Source: Minisyncoccota bacterium
GTDB taxonomy: Bacteria > Patescibacteriota > Minisyncoccia > Phycocordibacterales > UBA9973
Assembly: GCA_028718635.1 (NCBI GenBank)
Contig: JAQULK010000001.1
Span: 242,944 to 306,943 of the forward strand
Reading direction: 5' to 3'
DNA length: 64,000 nt
Below, piece by piece: positions 1 to 8,613 of this stretch. Each line of letters opens with the position of its first letter. The stretch's first letter is position 1. Made by a program: the position numbers and the translations under genes. Under the pieces are notes generated by a model. It was not told the DNA's origin and did no database searches. It worked only from the letters and a program-made list of their open reading frames with translations.

Positions 1-1
1 A

Positions 2-340
2 GGAAATACGACAGGGGATATTGGGTATGCGATAGAGAGTTTTATTAATTCGCAAAAATACCATAAGTATGGCATTGTGGAAGTTTTGGCTGGGCATGGT
101 GTCGGGCGAGCAGTTCACGAAGATCCTTATATCCCGAATTTTGGAAAAAGAGGCAAAGGGGAAAAATTAATTCCGGGGATGGTGGTGGCCTTAGAGCCGA
201 TGATAAATCTTGGTACCAAGAATGTAACGATAGATGGGGATGATTGGACTTTTCGCACTGCTGACAGAAAAAACAGCGCGCATTTTGAACATACGATTTT
301 GATTACTGAAGGGGAGGCAGAAATTTTGACTAAAATTTAA
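2..340 (+). CDS. map: methionine aminopeptidase type I, C-terminal part (gene starts upstream of window)
   Basis: Frame is open from nt 2. Translation GHGVGRAVHEDP...MVVALEPMIN...AHFEHTILITE matches the MAP C-terminal metal-binding region. Confidence 0.8.
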   Translation, partial: GNTTGDIGYAIESFINSQKYHKYGIVEVLAGHGVGRAVHEDPYIPNFGKRGKGEKLIPGMVVALEPMINLGTKNVTIDGDDWTFRTADRKNSAHFEHTILITEGEAEILTKI

Positions 341-370
341 AAACTCTTTCAGAAAAAATTTTAAAATAAA

Positions 371-451
371 ACTTTTTCCGGTACGGATTTTTTGAAGCTT
401 AAAAAATCCTGAAATTTTCGGCTCGACAGCCTCAAAACCCCTCCAAAAGTT
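371..451. repeat. 80-bp intergenic repeat, copy 1 (about 90% identical to 9560..9639)
   Basis: Direct comparison of ctttttccggtacggattttttgaagcttaaaaaatcctgaaattttcggctcgacagcctcaaaacccctccaaaagtt with the 9.5-kb copy. It contains the near-palindrome GGATTTTTTGAAGCTTAAAAAATCC. Confidence 0.75.
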
Positions 452-500
452 TATTCTAAAATTTTTTTTAGGATAGCTTGTGTTATAATTATACTAATGA

Positions 501-622
501 ATCCCGTTAGAAGTCCTATAGTTAATTAAAATCACAACTAGTGATATAATGAAGTCATGTCTTGTAGTCTTTATTATTTAATTTACTACGGAAATCTAAA
601 GATTTCCTACTTCTAACGGGAT
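501..622 (+). repeat. start-codon-embedding inverted-repeat element, copy 1 (ATCCCGTTAGAAG ... CTTCTAACGGGAT)
   Basis: Perfect 13-bp terminal inverted repeats at 501-513 and 610-622. The ATG of the downstream gene (621-623) shares its A and T with the right repeat. The interior is AT-rich and contains a GGAAATC-TAAA-GATTTCC sub-hairpin. It is flanked by direct ATGAAT(CCC). Confidence 0.8.
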
Positions 623-3389
623 GAATCCCTCATTCTTTAGAGAGATGCCGAAGTTTAAAAGTCCTGACGAGGAGCTGGATTATTTGCGTGCTCATGTGAA
701 AGCCAGAGAGGAAGAGCTTATAAACACAGGGCATATAGAACATGCTACAGAGAATGCTGCCCATGGCGTAATCAGTGAATATAAAAATATACCAGCCGAA
801 CAATTAATTCATAAAAATAATCTAATAAATGAAAAAGAGGCGGAAGGTATCGTGTTAAAACTAAAGCCGGAATCTCATGATAGCGTGATGGAAGAACTTT
901 TGGGAATTGTTATTACTAAAGGAGTTCGCAATGCCCTTTCTGTGGTGGAAATGATGAACAATCCACACGTGGATGATGATTTTCACAGAATTCTTATTCA
1001 GTATCTAAAAACTGGGGTGGCAAAATTAGATTTGCGAGAAGATTCTCCTATTTATAAGGCTCTCCATATGACCCTTTTCGAAATTACTCTTCCGCCACCA
1101 GAGGAAGAAGCAGACAAATCGAAAAGTTTTAAAGAATTTATCGGCGCCATGGAACAATTTTACGCTGGAATGCAATCCATCGGAGAAGGCAAATATAATG
1201 AAAAAGAAAACTATTTTACTTTGGAGATAGCCCTCGGCAATCAAAGCGATGAAGTCGTCGTCTATGCAGCTATTCCCAATAAATATCTTTCGCTTTTTGA
1301 AAAACAAATTTTGGCTTTTTATCACTATGCAAAAATCAAAGAAGTCGCGGATGATTACAATATTTTCAGCGAGAACGGCGGGTCAGTTGGCGCTTATGCG
1401 AGTTTTACCGAGCGCGCAGTGATGCCGATCAAAACTTATGACAATATTGAGCATGATCCTATGAATCCGATCTTGAATGTTTTTTCTAAATTGCAAACAT
1501 CAGGAGAAGGCGCGGCGATTCAGCTCGTGATAGCGCCAGCCGGAGATAAATTCATAAATGAATTTCACAAAATTTTAGATGATGTTAAAGACGGTACTTC
1601 GGTAAAACATGCAGATGATAATTTTTACAAATTCAATAAAGCTTTTTTAAAAGCAGGCAAAGGCTTAATGTTCGGTCATAAAGAAAAAAGCGAAGACGAG
1701 AAAAAAGAAAAATATATGAAAGGCAGGCGCGCGGTAGATGAGGGTGCTGCTGAAAAGATAGGAAACAAGATAAAAAGCACTATCATGAAAGCGAATATTC
1801 GAGTGATCGCTTCGGGAGGGACGCCGGAGCGCGCAGAGGCAATTTTACGGGAAATAGAATCTTCTTTTAATCAGTTTTCCGAAGCAGCCAGCAACTCTTT
1901 TGTTTTTGAACAAGCAAGAGGAGGCGAATTAAAAAAACTTTTCCATGATTTTTCTTATCGTACATTTTCTGCCGATAAAATATTGCCTTTGAATTTAAAA
2001 GAGCTTGCTTCAGTATTTCATTTCCCAGTCGGAATGGGGAGCCAGCCACAATTAAGAGAAGCCAAAGCAGGCATTGCTCCTGCTCCGATAGAAATGGGCC
2101 AAGAGGGAGTAATTCTTGGGGTAAACAGTTATAGAGGCAAAGATACCGAAATTCACCTTGCGCGCGAAGATCGCATGCGGCATTTTTATGTCATCGGCCA
2201 GACTGGTACTGGTAAGACGAACATTATGCTCAATATGATAACGCAGGACATTAAAAATGGAGATGGGTGTTGCTATATTGATCCGCATGGAACCGATATT
2301 CAAACGATCCTTTCTCGAATACCAAAAGAACGCATTGAAGATGTGGTTTATTTTGATCCAGCTTATACTGCGCGACCAATGGGCCTCAATATGCTCGAAT
2401 ATGATCCGAAATATCCGGAGCAGAAAACTTTTGTGGTGAATGAAATGATGGGAATCTTCAACAAGCTTTTCGATATGAAAGTCGGAGGCGGAGCGATGTT
2501 TGAGCAATATTTTAGGAATAGCGCCTTTTTAGTGATGGAAGATCCGGAGTCTGGTTCAACTTTGCTTGAGATTACCCGTGTCTTGGGTGATAAAAGTTTT
2601 CGTGATATGAAGCTCGCTAAATGCAAGAATCCTATCATCAAACAATTTTGGATTTCAGCAGAACAAACGACGGGGGATCAATCGCTCGCGAACTTTGTGC
2701 CTTACATTTCTTCTAAGTTCGACAACTTTATCAGCAATGACATCATGCGTCCAGTAGTGCTTCAACAAAATTCTGTTTTTAATTTCAGGAAAATTATGGA
2801 TGAGAAGAAAATTCTTCTAGTAAATCTTTCTAAGGGTAGACTGGGAGATATTAATGCGAACTTAATTGGTCTGGTGCTCGTCGGTAAGATTCAAATGGCA
2901 GCGCTTTCTCGCGTGGATATGTTTGGCAAACCTATGAATGATTTTTATTTATATATTGATGAGTTCCAAAATGTTACCACGGATTCCATTGCTTCTATCT
3001 TATCCGAAGCTCGAAAATATAGACTGTCTTTAAATATTGCGCACCAGTATATCACTCAGCTTGAAGAAAATATTAAAAATGCTGTTTTTGGCAACGTCGG
3101 ATCCATGGCAGTATTTCGAGTGGGCACCGAAGACGCCACTTTTTTAGAGCCGAAATTTAAGCCTCAATTTTCTGCTCGAGATATTACCAAGCTTGAGAAT
3201 CGAAATGCTTATATAAGTATGCTAGTAAATGGCCAACCAACAAAGCCATTTAATTTAAAAACTTTAGATGCAAAAAAAGGCAATCCAGATATTGTAGATA
3301 ATTTAAAAGAACTTTCCTATCTAAAATTTGGCCGAGACCGAGAAGAAGTAGAGGCGGAAATCATGGCAAGGTATTCGGGGATGGAGTAA
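621..3389 (+). CDS. large P-loop ATPase, VirD4/TraG/HerA-like (DUF87-type AAA-like domain) with an N-terminal domain of about 400 aa of unknown function
   Basis: 922-aa ORF. Walker A GQTGTGKT is followed by YIDPHG and a Walker B-like YLYIDEFQN, as in T4SS coupling-protein/HerA-like ATPases. Confidence 0.5.
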   Translation: MNPSFFREMPKFKSPDEELDYLRAHVKAREEELINTGHIEHATENAAHGVISEYKNIPAEQLIHKNNLINEKEAEGIVLKLKPESHDSVMEELLGIVITKGVRNALSVVEMMNNPHVDDDFHRILIQYLKTGVAKLDLREDSPIYKALHMTLFEITLPPPEEEADKSKSFKEFIGAMEQFYAGMQSIGEGKYNEKENYFTLEIALGNQSDEVVVYAAIPNKYLSLFEKQILAFYHYAKIKEVADDYNIFSENGGSVGAYASFTERAVMPIKTYDNIEHDPMNPILNVFSKLQTSGEGAAIQLVIAPAGDKFINEFHKILDDVKDGTSVKHADDNFYKFNKAFLKAGKGLMFGHKEKSEDEKKEKYMKGRRAVDEGAAEKIGNKIKSTIMKANIRVIASGGTPERAEAILREIESSFNQFSEAASNSFVFEQARGGELKKLFHDFSYRTFSADKILPLNLKELASVFHFPVGMGSQPQLREAKAGIAPAPIEMGQEGVILGVNSYRGKDTEIHLAREDRMRHFYVIGQTGTGKTNIMLNMITQDIKNGDGCCYIDPHGTDIQTILSRIPKERIEDVVYFDPAYTARPMGLNMLEYDPKYPEQKTFVVNEMMGIFNKLFDMKVGGGAMFEQYFRNSAFLVMEDPESGSTLLEITRVLGDKSFRDMKLAKCKNPIIKQFWISAEQTTGDQSLANFVPYISSKFDNFISNDIMRPVVLQQNSVFNFRKIMDEKKILLVNLSKGRLGDINANLIGLVLVGKIQMAALSRVDMFGKPMNDFYLYIDEFQNVTTDSIASILSEARKYRLSLNIAHQYITQLEENIKNAVFGNVGSMAVFRVGTEDATFLEPKFKPQFSARDITKLENRNAYISMLVNGQPTKPFNLKTLDAKKGNPDIVDNLKELSYLKFGRDREEVEAEIMARYSGME

Positions 3390-3396
3390 AAATGAA

Positions 3397-3436
3397 TCAC
3401 CACCCCTAGCCCCTCCTCGACAAGGAGGGGAGGAAT
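3397..3436. repeat. GC-rich hairpin repeat, copy A (CACCCCTAGCCCCTCCTC-GACA-AGGAGGGGAGG)
   Basis: GC-rich stem-loop immediately 3' of the ATPase gene in an AT-rich background. It is near-identical to 62778-62818 and related to 6909-6967 and 54547-54616. Confidence 0.7.
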
Positions 3437-3477
3437 ACTTTTGCAAAATTATTTTTTTCTGCTAAGATATTCTTATT

Positions 3478-4008
3478 ATGACAAACACACAAGAAAGAAC
3501 ATTGGTTATTTTTAAGCCTGATGCAGTGCAGAGAGGGCTAGTAGGGGAAATATTGTCTCGTTTTGAAAAAGCCGGATTTAAAATTGTCGGTATGAAAATG
3601 CTGAGACCGGATCAAAAACATTATTTTCATCACTATGAAACTATAGGCAAAATGATTTCTCGCCATAATCAAAAGATTTTTGATATAACAGTTGAAATGA
3701 TGAGTGAAGGTCCTGTCATAGCTACCGTGTTAGAGGGAGTAGAAGCAGTTTCTTTTATAAGAAAAATGGTTGGTCCTACAGAATCAAAGAGCGCTTTACC
3801 TGGTACTATCCGAGGGGATTATTCTCATATGAGTTTTGCTCATGCTGACAAAGAGGATGTTGGGTTGCCAAACTTACTACACGCTTCTGGTGATACAGAA
3901 GAAGCAAAGTTAGAAATTGCGCATTGGTTCTCCGATAATGAACTTTTTGATTACGAAACAGTACACGAAAAGTTTACTCAAACCCAAAAACATCATTCAA
4001 GAAAATAA
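3478..4008 (+). CDS. ndk: nucleoside diphosphate kinase
   Basis: TLVIFKPDAVQRGLVGEILSRFEKAGFKIVGMKM ... the NDK fold signature and a conserved His region (YSHMSFAHADKED). Confidence 0.9.
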   Translation: MTNTQERTLVIFKPDAVQRGLVGEILSRFEKAGFKIVGMKMLRPDQKHYFHHYETIGKMISRHNQKIFDITVEMMSEGPVIATVLEGVEAVSFIRKMVGPTESKSALPGTIRGDYSHMSFAHADKEDVGLPNLLHASGDTEEAKLEIAHWFSDNELFDYETVHEKFTQTQKHHSRK

Positions 4009-4013
4009 TTTAC

Positions 4014-4042
4014 AAAATCCTCGAAAGAGGATTTTGTTTTTT
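4014..4042 (+). terminator. rho-independent terminator after ndk
   Basis: AAATCCTC-GAAA-GAGGATTT hairpin followed by a T-run. Confidence 0.7.
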
Positions 4043-4111
4043 GTAACATTAATTTTTGATTAAAAAATTATTTGAAATAGTAAAAAAGTTGTGGTGTCTT
4101 GAAAAAATTTG

Positions 4112-4139
4112 TTGCCAAAAAATTTTAATAGCATATACT
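4112..4139 (+). promoter_or_regulatory. sigma70-like promoter (-35 TTGCCA, 16-nt spacer, -10 TATACT)
   Basis: Hexamers read at 4112-4117 and 4134-4139. It would drive a structured transcript of about 150-250 nt upstream of the 4401 gene. Confidence 0.4.
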
Positions 4140-4354
4140 CAAGGTAGGGTTATTTCCGATTATTACCTAGAACACTAATTTATGGGAGTTTCGATCGCTT
4201 TAGGCCTTGGCCCAACGCGTCTAACACCCACTTAGCTTTAAAGCTACGGTAATACATCAGAGATAGTCCTAAGAAGAACTCCGCTACTTAAATTTATCTT
4301 AATTTATTTTGGCGGATTTTTTCTTTTACATAAGTTTTTTTTGTGATATTATCA

Positions 4355-4394
4355 AAGAACGGTTCTTAGAGAAACTCTCTTAAGAACCGTTCTT
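4355..4394 (+). promoter_or_regulatory. near-perfect 18-bp inverted repeat (AAGAACGGTTCTTAGAGA / TCTCTTAAGAACCGTTCTT) ending 7 nt before the ATG of the 4401 gene
   Basis: Read directly from the sequence. There is no T-run after it on the + strand, so it looks like an operator or translation-control hairpin rather than a terminator. Confidence 0.45.
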
Positions 4395-4400
4395 AAAAAA

Positions 4401-5765
4401 ATGAAAAAAACAGCCAAAATAACATTTTGCGGGGGGGTAGGCACAGTAACGGGTGCTAATTTTCTTTTAGAGATTGACGGCAAGAAAATTCTAGTCGATT
4501 GCGGTCTTACTCAAGGAGACAAAATGGATGACGCCATCAATTGGGAGCCTTTTATATACGATCCGAAAGAAATAGATATTCTTTTTGTGACCCATGGGCA
4601 CATCGATCACTTGGGAAGGATTCCAAAATTAATCAATGACGGATTCCATGGAAAAATTTATTCCACCGAACCGACAAAAGGACTTGCCTTGCCTATGCTT
4701 GAAGATACTGCAGGCATCTTGAGCAACTACACTGCCCTCGGTTTAGATAAAATCTACACAGCGGAAAATATAAAATCAGCTTTATCGCTTTGGCAGGGCT
4801 TTACCTATCACGAGACGATAAAAATCACAGATAATTTAGAGGTTGTTATGTTAAATGCCGGGCATATTTTAGGTTCGGCGATGATTGAGTTTCTTTATAA
4901 TGGAAAGAAAATTCTTTTTACCGGAGATCTAGGCAACAGTCCTTCGCCGATCCTTCCTGATACAGAAAAAGTCACTGATGCGGATTATTTAATAATTGAA
5001 AGTGTTTATGGAGATAGGAATCACGAGTCGAGAGAAGATCGCAAAAGATTCTTGGAAGAAGCAATTGAAGATAATTATAAAAGAAAGGGTACATTAATTA
5101 TTCCTACTTTTTCTCTCGAGCGTTCTCAGGAGCTTTTGTTTGAATTGGATGATTTGGTCACTAATAATCGCATTCCAATGATGCCTATTTTTTTAGATTC
5201 TCCTTTGGCTATTCGTTTGACTGAAGTTTTCAAAAAATATAAAAGTTATTTTAATGAGAATGCGCAAAAAGTGATACATCCTGGTAGACATCTTTTTGAT
5301 TTTCCGGGGCTTCACGACACTTTGCAATCCAAAGAATCGCAAATGATTAGAAATGTGCCCAATCCTAAAATAGTTATCGCTGGGTCCGGAATGTCGACTG
5401 GCGGACGTATCGTGCATCATGAAAGACATTATTTGCCAGACCCAAACAATACTTTGCTTTTGACTGGGTATCAATCTGTCGGCACCCCGGGGCGTCTAAT
5501 AGAGGAAGGAATGAAGACAGTGCGAATAACTGGAGAAGATGTGGCCATAAGGTCGCATATTGTAAAGATTTCTGGGTACTCAGGACACAAAGATTCGGAT
5601 GGGCTTGTAAATTTTGTGGGAGATATGGAAGATACAGTCAAGAAAGTTTTTGTGGTTATGGGAGAGCCAAAATCATCGATGTTTTTAGTTCAGAAATTAA
5701 GAGATTGTTTAGGCCTTGAAGCTTTTGCTCCGGAGAGAGGGGAGAGCGTGGTTTTGGAATGTTAA
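4401..5765 (+). CDS. metallo-beta-lactamase fold, beta-CASP family ribonuclease (RNase J-like)
   Basis: ILVDCGL...HGHIDHLG MBL motif, with later HxH/D motifs and beta-CASP-like spacing. 454 aa. Confidence 0.6.
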   Translation: MKKTAKITFCGGVGTVTGANFLLEIDGKKILVDCGLTQGDKMDDAINWEPFIYDPKEIDILFVTHGHIDHLGRIPKLINDGFHGKIYSTEPTKGLALPMLEDTAGILSNYTALGLDKIYTAENIKSALSLWQGFTYHETIKITDNLEVVMLNAGHILGSAMIEFLYNGKKILFTGDLGNSPSPILPDTEKVTDADYLIIESVYGDRNHESREDRKRFLEEAIEDNYKRKGTLIIPTFSLERSQELLFELDDLVTNNRIPMMPIFLDSPLAIRLTEVFKKYKSYFNENAQKVIHPGRHLFDFPGLHDTLQSKESQMIRNVPNPKIVIAGSGMSTGGRIVHHERHYLPDPNNTLLLTGYQSVGTPGRLIEEGMKTVRITGEDVAIRSHIVKISGYSGHKDSDGLVNFVGDMEDTVKKVFVVMGEPKSSMFLVQKLRDCLGLEAFAPERGESVVLEC

Positions 5766-5886
5766 TCCCGTACGAAGTCCTTCAGTTAATTAAAGTCATA
5801 ATAAATGTTATACTAAGACAGTATTTTAAAGTCGTTATTAATAATTTAACTACGGAAATCTAAAGATTTCCTACTTCGTACGGGAT
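5765..5886 (+). repeat. start-codon-embedding inverted-repeat element, copy 2 (ATCCCGTACGAAG ... CTTCGTACGGGAT)
   Basis: 13-bp inverted repeats at 5765-5777 and 5874-5886. ATG is at 5885. The interior is about 70% similar to copy 1, including the GGAAATCTAAAGATTTCC sub-hairpin. Both arms carry compensatory TTAG>TACG and CTAA>CGTA changes. Confidence 0.8.
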
Positions 5887-6505
5887 GGATTCTAAAATTA
5901 ATTTTCCAGACAAACATGGACATAACCAAATAAAGATTTGTGTTTCAGGCGCGGCGGAGACAGGAAATTGCGGAGTAGACGCACTAGAAAAAGCCAAAGA
6001 ACTTGGACGCGAGATTGCGCGTCAGGGAGCCGTGCTTGTAACAGGCGCCACGACCGGATTTCCTTTTTGGGCAGCGATGGGAACGAAAGAAGCAGGCGGG
6101 ATTTCTGTGGGGATATCTCCTGCAGCTTCAGAAAAAGAACACGTCGAAGTGTACAAGCTTCCTCTAGATTATATGGATTTGATTATTTATACTGGTTTTG
6201 GTTATCCCGGGCGCGATCTTTTACTTACTCGCAGCTCTGACGCAGTTATTTGCGGTTGCGGGCGCATAGGTACTATTCACGAGTTCACAGTTGCTTTTGA
6301 AGATGGAAAACCTATTGGTATTTTCAAAGGTACATGGGAAATGGGAGCAGAACTTGAAGAGATTATTGCCAAGGGGCATCGCCCAAATTCTAAAATAGTC
6401 GTCGGGAATGATCCAAAGGAACTTTTAGAAGACGTTATTGCCCTTGTTAGAAAAGACAAGATACCGGAATACAAAATTACAAAAACTCCAATGCCCAGCA
6501 AGTAA
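5885..6505 (+). CDS. Rossmann-fold SLOG/TIGR00725-like nucleotide-binding protein
   Basis: KICVSGAAETG...VLVTGATTGFPFWAAMGTKEAGG...VICGCGRIGTIHEF resembles TIGR00725/LOG-like proteins. Confidence 0.45.
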   Translation: MDSKINFPDKHGHNQIKICVSGAAETGNCGVDALEKAKELGREIARQGAVLVTGATTGFPFWAAMGTKEAGGISVGISPAASEKEHVEVYKLPLDYMDLIIYTGFGYPGRDLLLTRSSDAVICGCGRIGTIHEFTVAFEDGKPIGIFKGTWEMGAELEEIIAKGHRPNSKIVVGNDPKELLEDVIALVRKDKIPEYKITKTPMPSK

Positions 6506-6551
6506 GAAACTATAAAAAACTCAAGATTTATCTTGAGTTTTTTATAGTTTC

Positions 6552-6896
6552 TTACTTTATCGCTGCTAAAACTTTAGCAAAAGTTTCTGGGTGATGTTCT
6601 GCGAAGTCAGAAAGGATTTTTCTATCCAGCATTATGTTTTTCTTATGAAGGGCACCGATCAATTTTGAATAAGACATACCGAGCTCTCTCGCGCCGGCGT
6701 TGATTTTTATATTCCAGAGTTTGCGATTGTGAGATTTTTTATCTTTTCTGTGGGCGAAAGAATAACTTCCAGCATGCAGAAGCGCATCTTTTGCTAGGCG
6801 TTCCTTGGTAGAACGTCCATGGCGCATTCCTTTGGTCTGTTTCAAAACACTTCTTCTTCTTTTTAACGCATGTACTCCTTTTTTTACTCTGGTCAT
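6552..6896 (-). CDS. rplT: 50S ribosomal protein L20
   Basis: MTRVKKGVHALKRRR...GRSTKERLAKDALLHAGSY... is the canonical L20 sequence. Confidence 0.9.
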   Translation of the reverse strand: MTRVKKGVHALKRRRSVLKQTKGMRHGRSTKERLAKDALLHAGSYSFAHRKDKKSHNRKLWNIKINAGARELGMSYSKLIGALHKKNIMLDRKILSDFAEHHPETFAKVLAAIK

Positions 6897-6908
6897 GAAT
6901 ATAATTTA

Positions 6909-6967
6909 CCTCACCCCTTCGCCCCTCTCCATAATTTTCAGATTATGGAGAGGGGTTGGGGAGGGGT
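6909..6967. repeat. GC-rich hairpin repeat, copy B, in the rpmI-rplT intergenic region
   Basis: CCTCACCCCTTCGCCCCTCTCCATAATTTTCAGATTATGGAGAGGGGTTGGGGAGGGGTC forms a long imperfect hairpin. It belongs to the same family as 3397 and 62778. Confidence 0.65.
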
Positions 6968-7165
6968 CTAACTAAATGGTAATAAGTGACTTTTTGGTTT
7001 GTTTTTAATAACAAAATTCTGCCCTTTTTTGCCGGCGAGCTGGGTTCCGCGCGATTGTTTTGCATTGAAATGATTAAAACCGGGCTTGCGGGAAATTATC
7101 TTTCCGTTTTTCGTAAGTTTTAATCTCTTGCTGTATGATTTATTTGTTTTCATTCCTTTTCCCAT
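6968..7165 (-). CDS. rpmI: 50S ribosomal protein L35
   Basis: MGKGMKTNKSYSKRLKLTKNGKIISRKPG... matches the L35 family. Confidence 0.85.
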   Translation of the reverse strand: MGKGMKTNKSYSKRLKLTKNGKIISRKPGFNHFNAKQSRGTQLAGKKGQNFVIKNKPKSHLLPFS

Positions 7166-7168
7166 AAA

Positions 7169-7699
7169 TTATTTTTTCTCTATTGTTGTTGTTAAACCTT
7201 TTGGACCCCTTTTGTAATTATCTGATATTTTATAATCTTCGGTAATTAAATGTAAAACTCTATCTAAACGTTCTCTCAAAAATTTTTCATCCATATATTT
7301 CGCGCGTCCTGCGAGGAAAAGCTCAACTTTGATTCTGTGGCCTTCCTTTATCCACTTTGAAGCAGTTTTTGCTTTCAGCTCTAAATCATGATCTCCTGTG
7401 CCTATTTTTATTTGGATGGACTTGGTTTCCGTCTTATTTGAGCTAGCCTTAGCCTTTTTTAATTTCTTGGCAGTTTCATATTGGTATTTGCCGAAGTCCA
7501 TCAGCTTGGCGACTGGGGGATTGCCATTCGGGGATATCTCAATTAAATCCAATCCTTTGCTTTGAGCTAGCTCTAAAGCATCTCTGATACTTAAAACACC
7601 GAGATTTTTATTTTCACTGTCTAAAACCCGCAGTTCTTTCGCTCGTATTTGGTTGTTTATTCTTTCTCGCAATTGATATAGTAGGCTTTGACTACACAA
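7169..7699 (-). CDS. infC: translation initiation factor IF-3 (true start may be a non-ATG codon further upstream)
   Basis: LDLIEISPNGNPPVAKLMDFGKYQYE and the C-terminal domain are conserved. Operon order is infC-rpmI-rplT. Confidence 0.85.
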   Translation of the reverse strand: MCSQSLLYQLRERINNQIRAKELRVLDSENKNLGVLSIRDALELAQSKGLDLIEISPNGNPPVAKLMDFGKYQYETAKKLKKAKASSNKTETKSIQIKIGTGDHDLELKAKTASKWIKEGHRIKVELFLAGRAKYMDEKFLRERLDRVLHLITEDYKISDNYKRGPKGLTTTIEKK

Positions 7700-7759
7700 G
7701 GAATATTAGCTTATTTGGACGTTAAAGTCAAACATTATGTGCAATTTCAACAAAATGGC

Positions 7760-7786
7760 TTGACTTAATTATTTGCATAGTATATC
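7760..7786 (+). promoter_or_regulatory. candidate promoter upstream of the toxin-antitoxin-like cassette (-35 TTGACT; -10 TATATC or TAGTAT)
   Basis: TTGACT at 7760-7765. The spacing to the -10 candidates is ambiguous. Confidence 0.3.
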
Positions 7787-7844
7787 ATTATTGATATCTT
7801 ACGATAAATAAGAAAATTGTAGGTCGAATATTAAAAATAACTAT

Positions 7845-8198
7845 ATGGAAATTATTATTCCTGAAAATAATAAAGATGGTCAGAAAGTTAGCGATTTTTT
7901 GAAATCTAATTTTACTGATATGGAGCGAGTTGAGGTTTTTGAAAGAATGGAGACTTATGAAAAATTTAGTATTCTAGAACTTATACAAAAACACAAAATT
8001 GAAAAGTTGAAGGGATCTCTATATGAGCTCAGGATCCCAATAGCTAAAACTAAATTAAGATTTTTTGGTGTAGTGTGTAAAGATAAACTTATACTAATAT
8101 ATGTTTTTAAGAAAAAAACCCAACAGATACCAAGAAGAGAATTAAAAATAGCAAAAACAAAAGCATCTTTATTGGATATTAATAATTACAAAAAATAA
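7845..8198 (+). CDS. RelE/HigB-like toxin of the phage Gp49 (PF05973-like) family
   Basis: The GSLYELRI...LRFFGVVCKDKLILIYVFKKKTQQIPRRELKIA motif is typical of Gp49/HigB-like toxins. It lies immediately upstream of an XRE HTH gene. Confidence 0.55.
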   Translation: MEIIIPENNKDGQKVSDFLKSNFTDMERVEVFERMETYEKFSILELIQKHKIEKLKGSLYELRIPIAKTKLRFFGVVCKDKLILIYVFKKKTQQIPRRELKIAKTKASLLDINNYKK

Positions 8199-8199
8199 C

Positions 8200-8610
8200 A
8201 TGAAAATAGGAGATATAAAAAAAGAAATATTAAAAAATAAACCCTATATTGATCTTGAGGTTAAGAAAGATCTAGCTTTTCAAGTTGCTAGACATTTTGA
8301 AGAGGCGAGATTGGTAAAAGGTCTTACTCAAAAAGAATTGGCAAAAAAAATTGGTACAAGTCAATCAAATATAGCAAGGACGGAAAATGGGAATTCTCTA
8401 CCAAGTTTATCTTTTTTAAAACGCGTAGCCGAAGCCTTCAATACCTATCTTTTGCCACCCAAATTCGCTTTTATGGAAAAACAGAGTAATCATATCGTTA
8501 ATACAAATGCTCCGAATTCTACTAATAATGTATATGATTTTCCAACTCTCACTCCATACTTTGTAGGGGACAGGTCAAATAATAGTCAGTTAATAATAAA
8601 CACAATATAA
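8200..8610 (+). CDS. XRE-family helix-turn-helix protein (HigA-like antitoxin)
   Basis: LTQKELAKKIGTSQSNIARTENG HTH. It starts 2 nt after the stop of the toxin gene. Confidence 0.6.
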   Translation: MKIGDIKKEILKNKPYIDLEVKKDLAFQVARHFEEARLVKGLTQKELAKKIGTSQSNIARTENGNSLPSLSFLKRVAEAFNTYLLPPKFAFMEKQSNHIVNTNAPNSTNNVYDFPTLTPYFVGDRSNNSQLIINTI

Positions 8611-8613
8611 AAA

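Noticed and set aside
1026-2641. Antisense ORFs (1026-1325, 1867-2049, 2052-2507, 2363-2641) inside the large ATPase gene
   Set aside because: They are fully embedded in a long ORF with strong P-loop motifs and are low-complexity artefacts of the AT-rich sequence.
5938-6240. Arg-rich 100-aa ORF overlapping the SLOG gene in another frame
   Set aside because: It is an alternative frame of a coding region and has no support.
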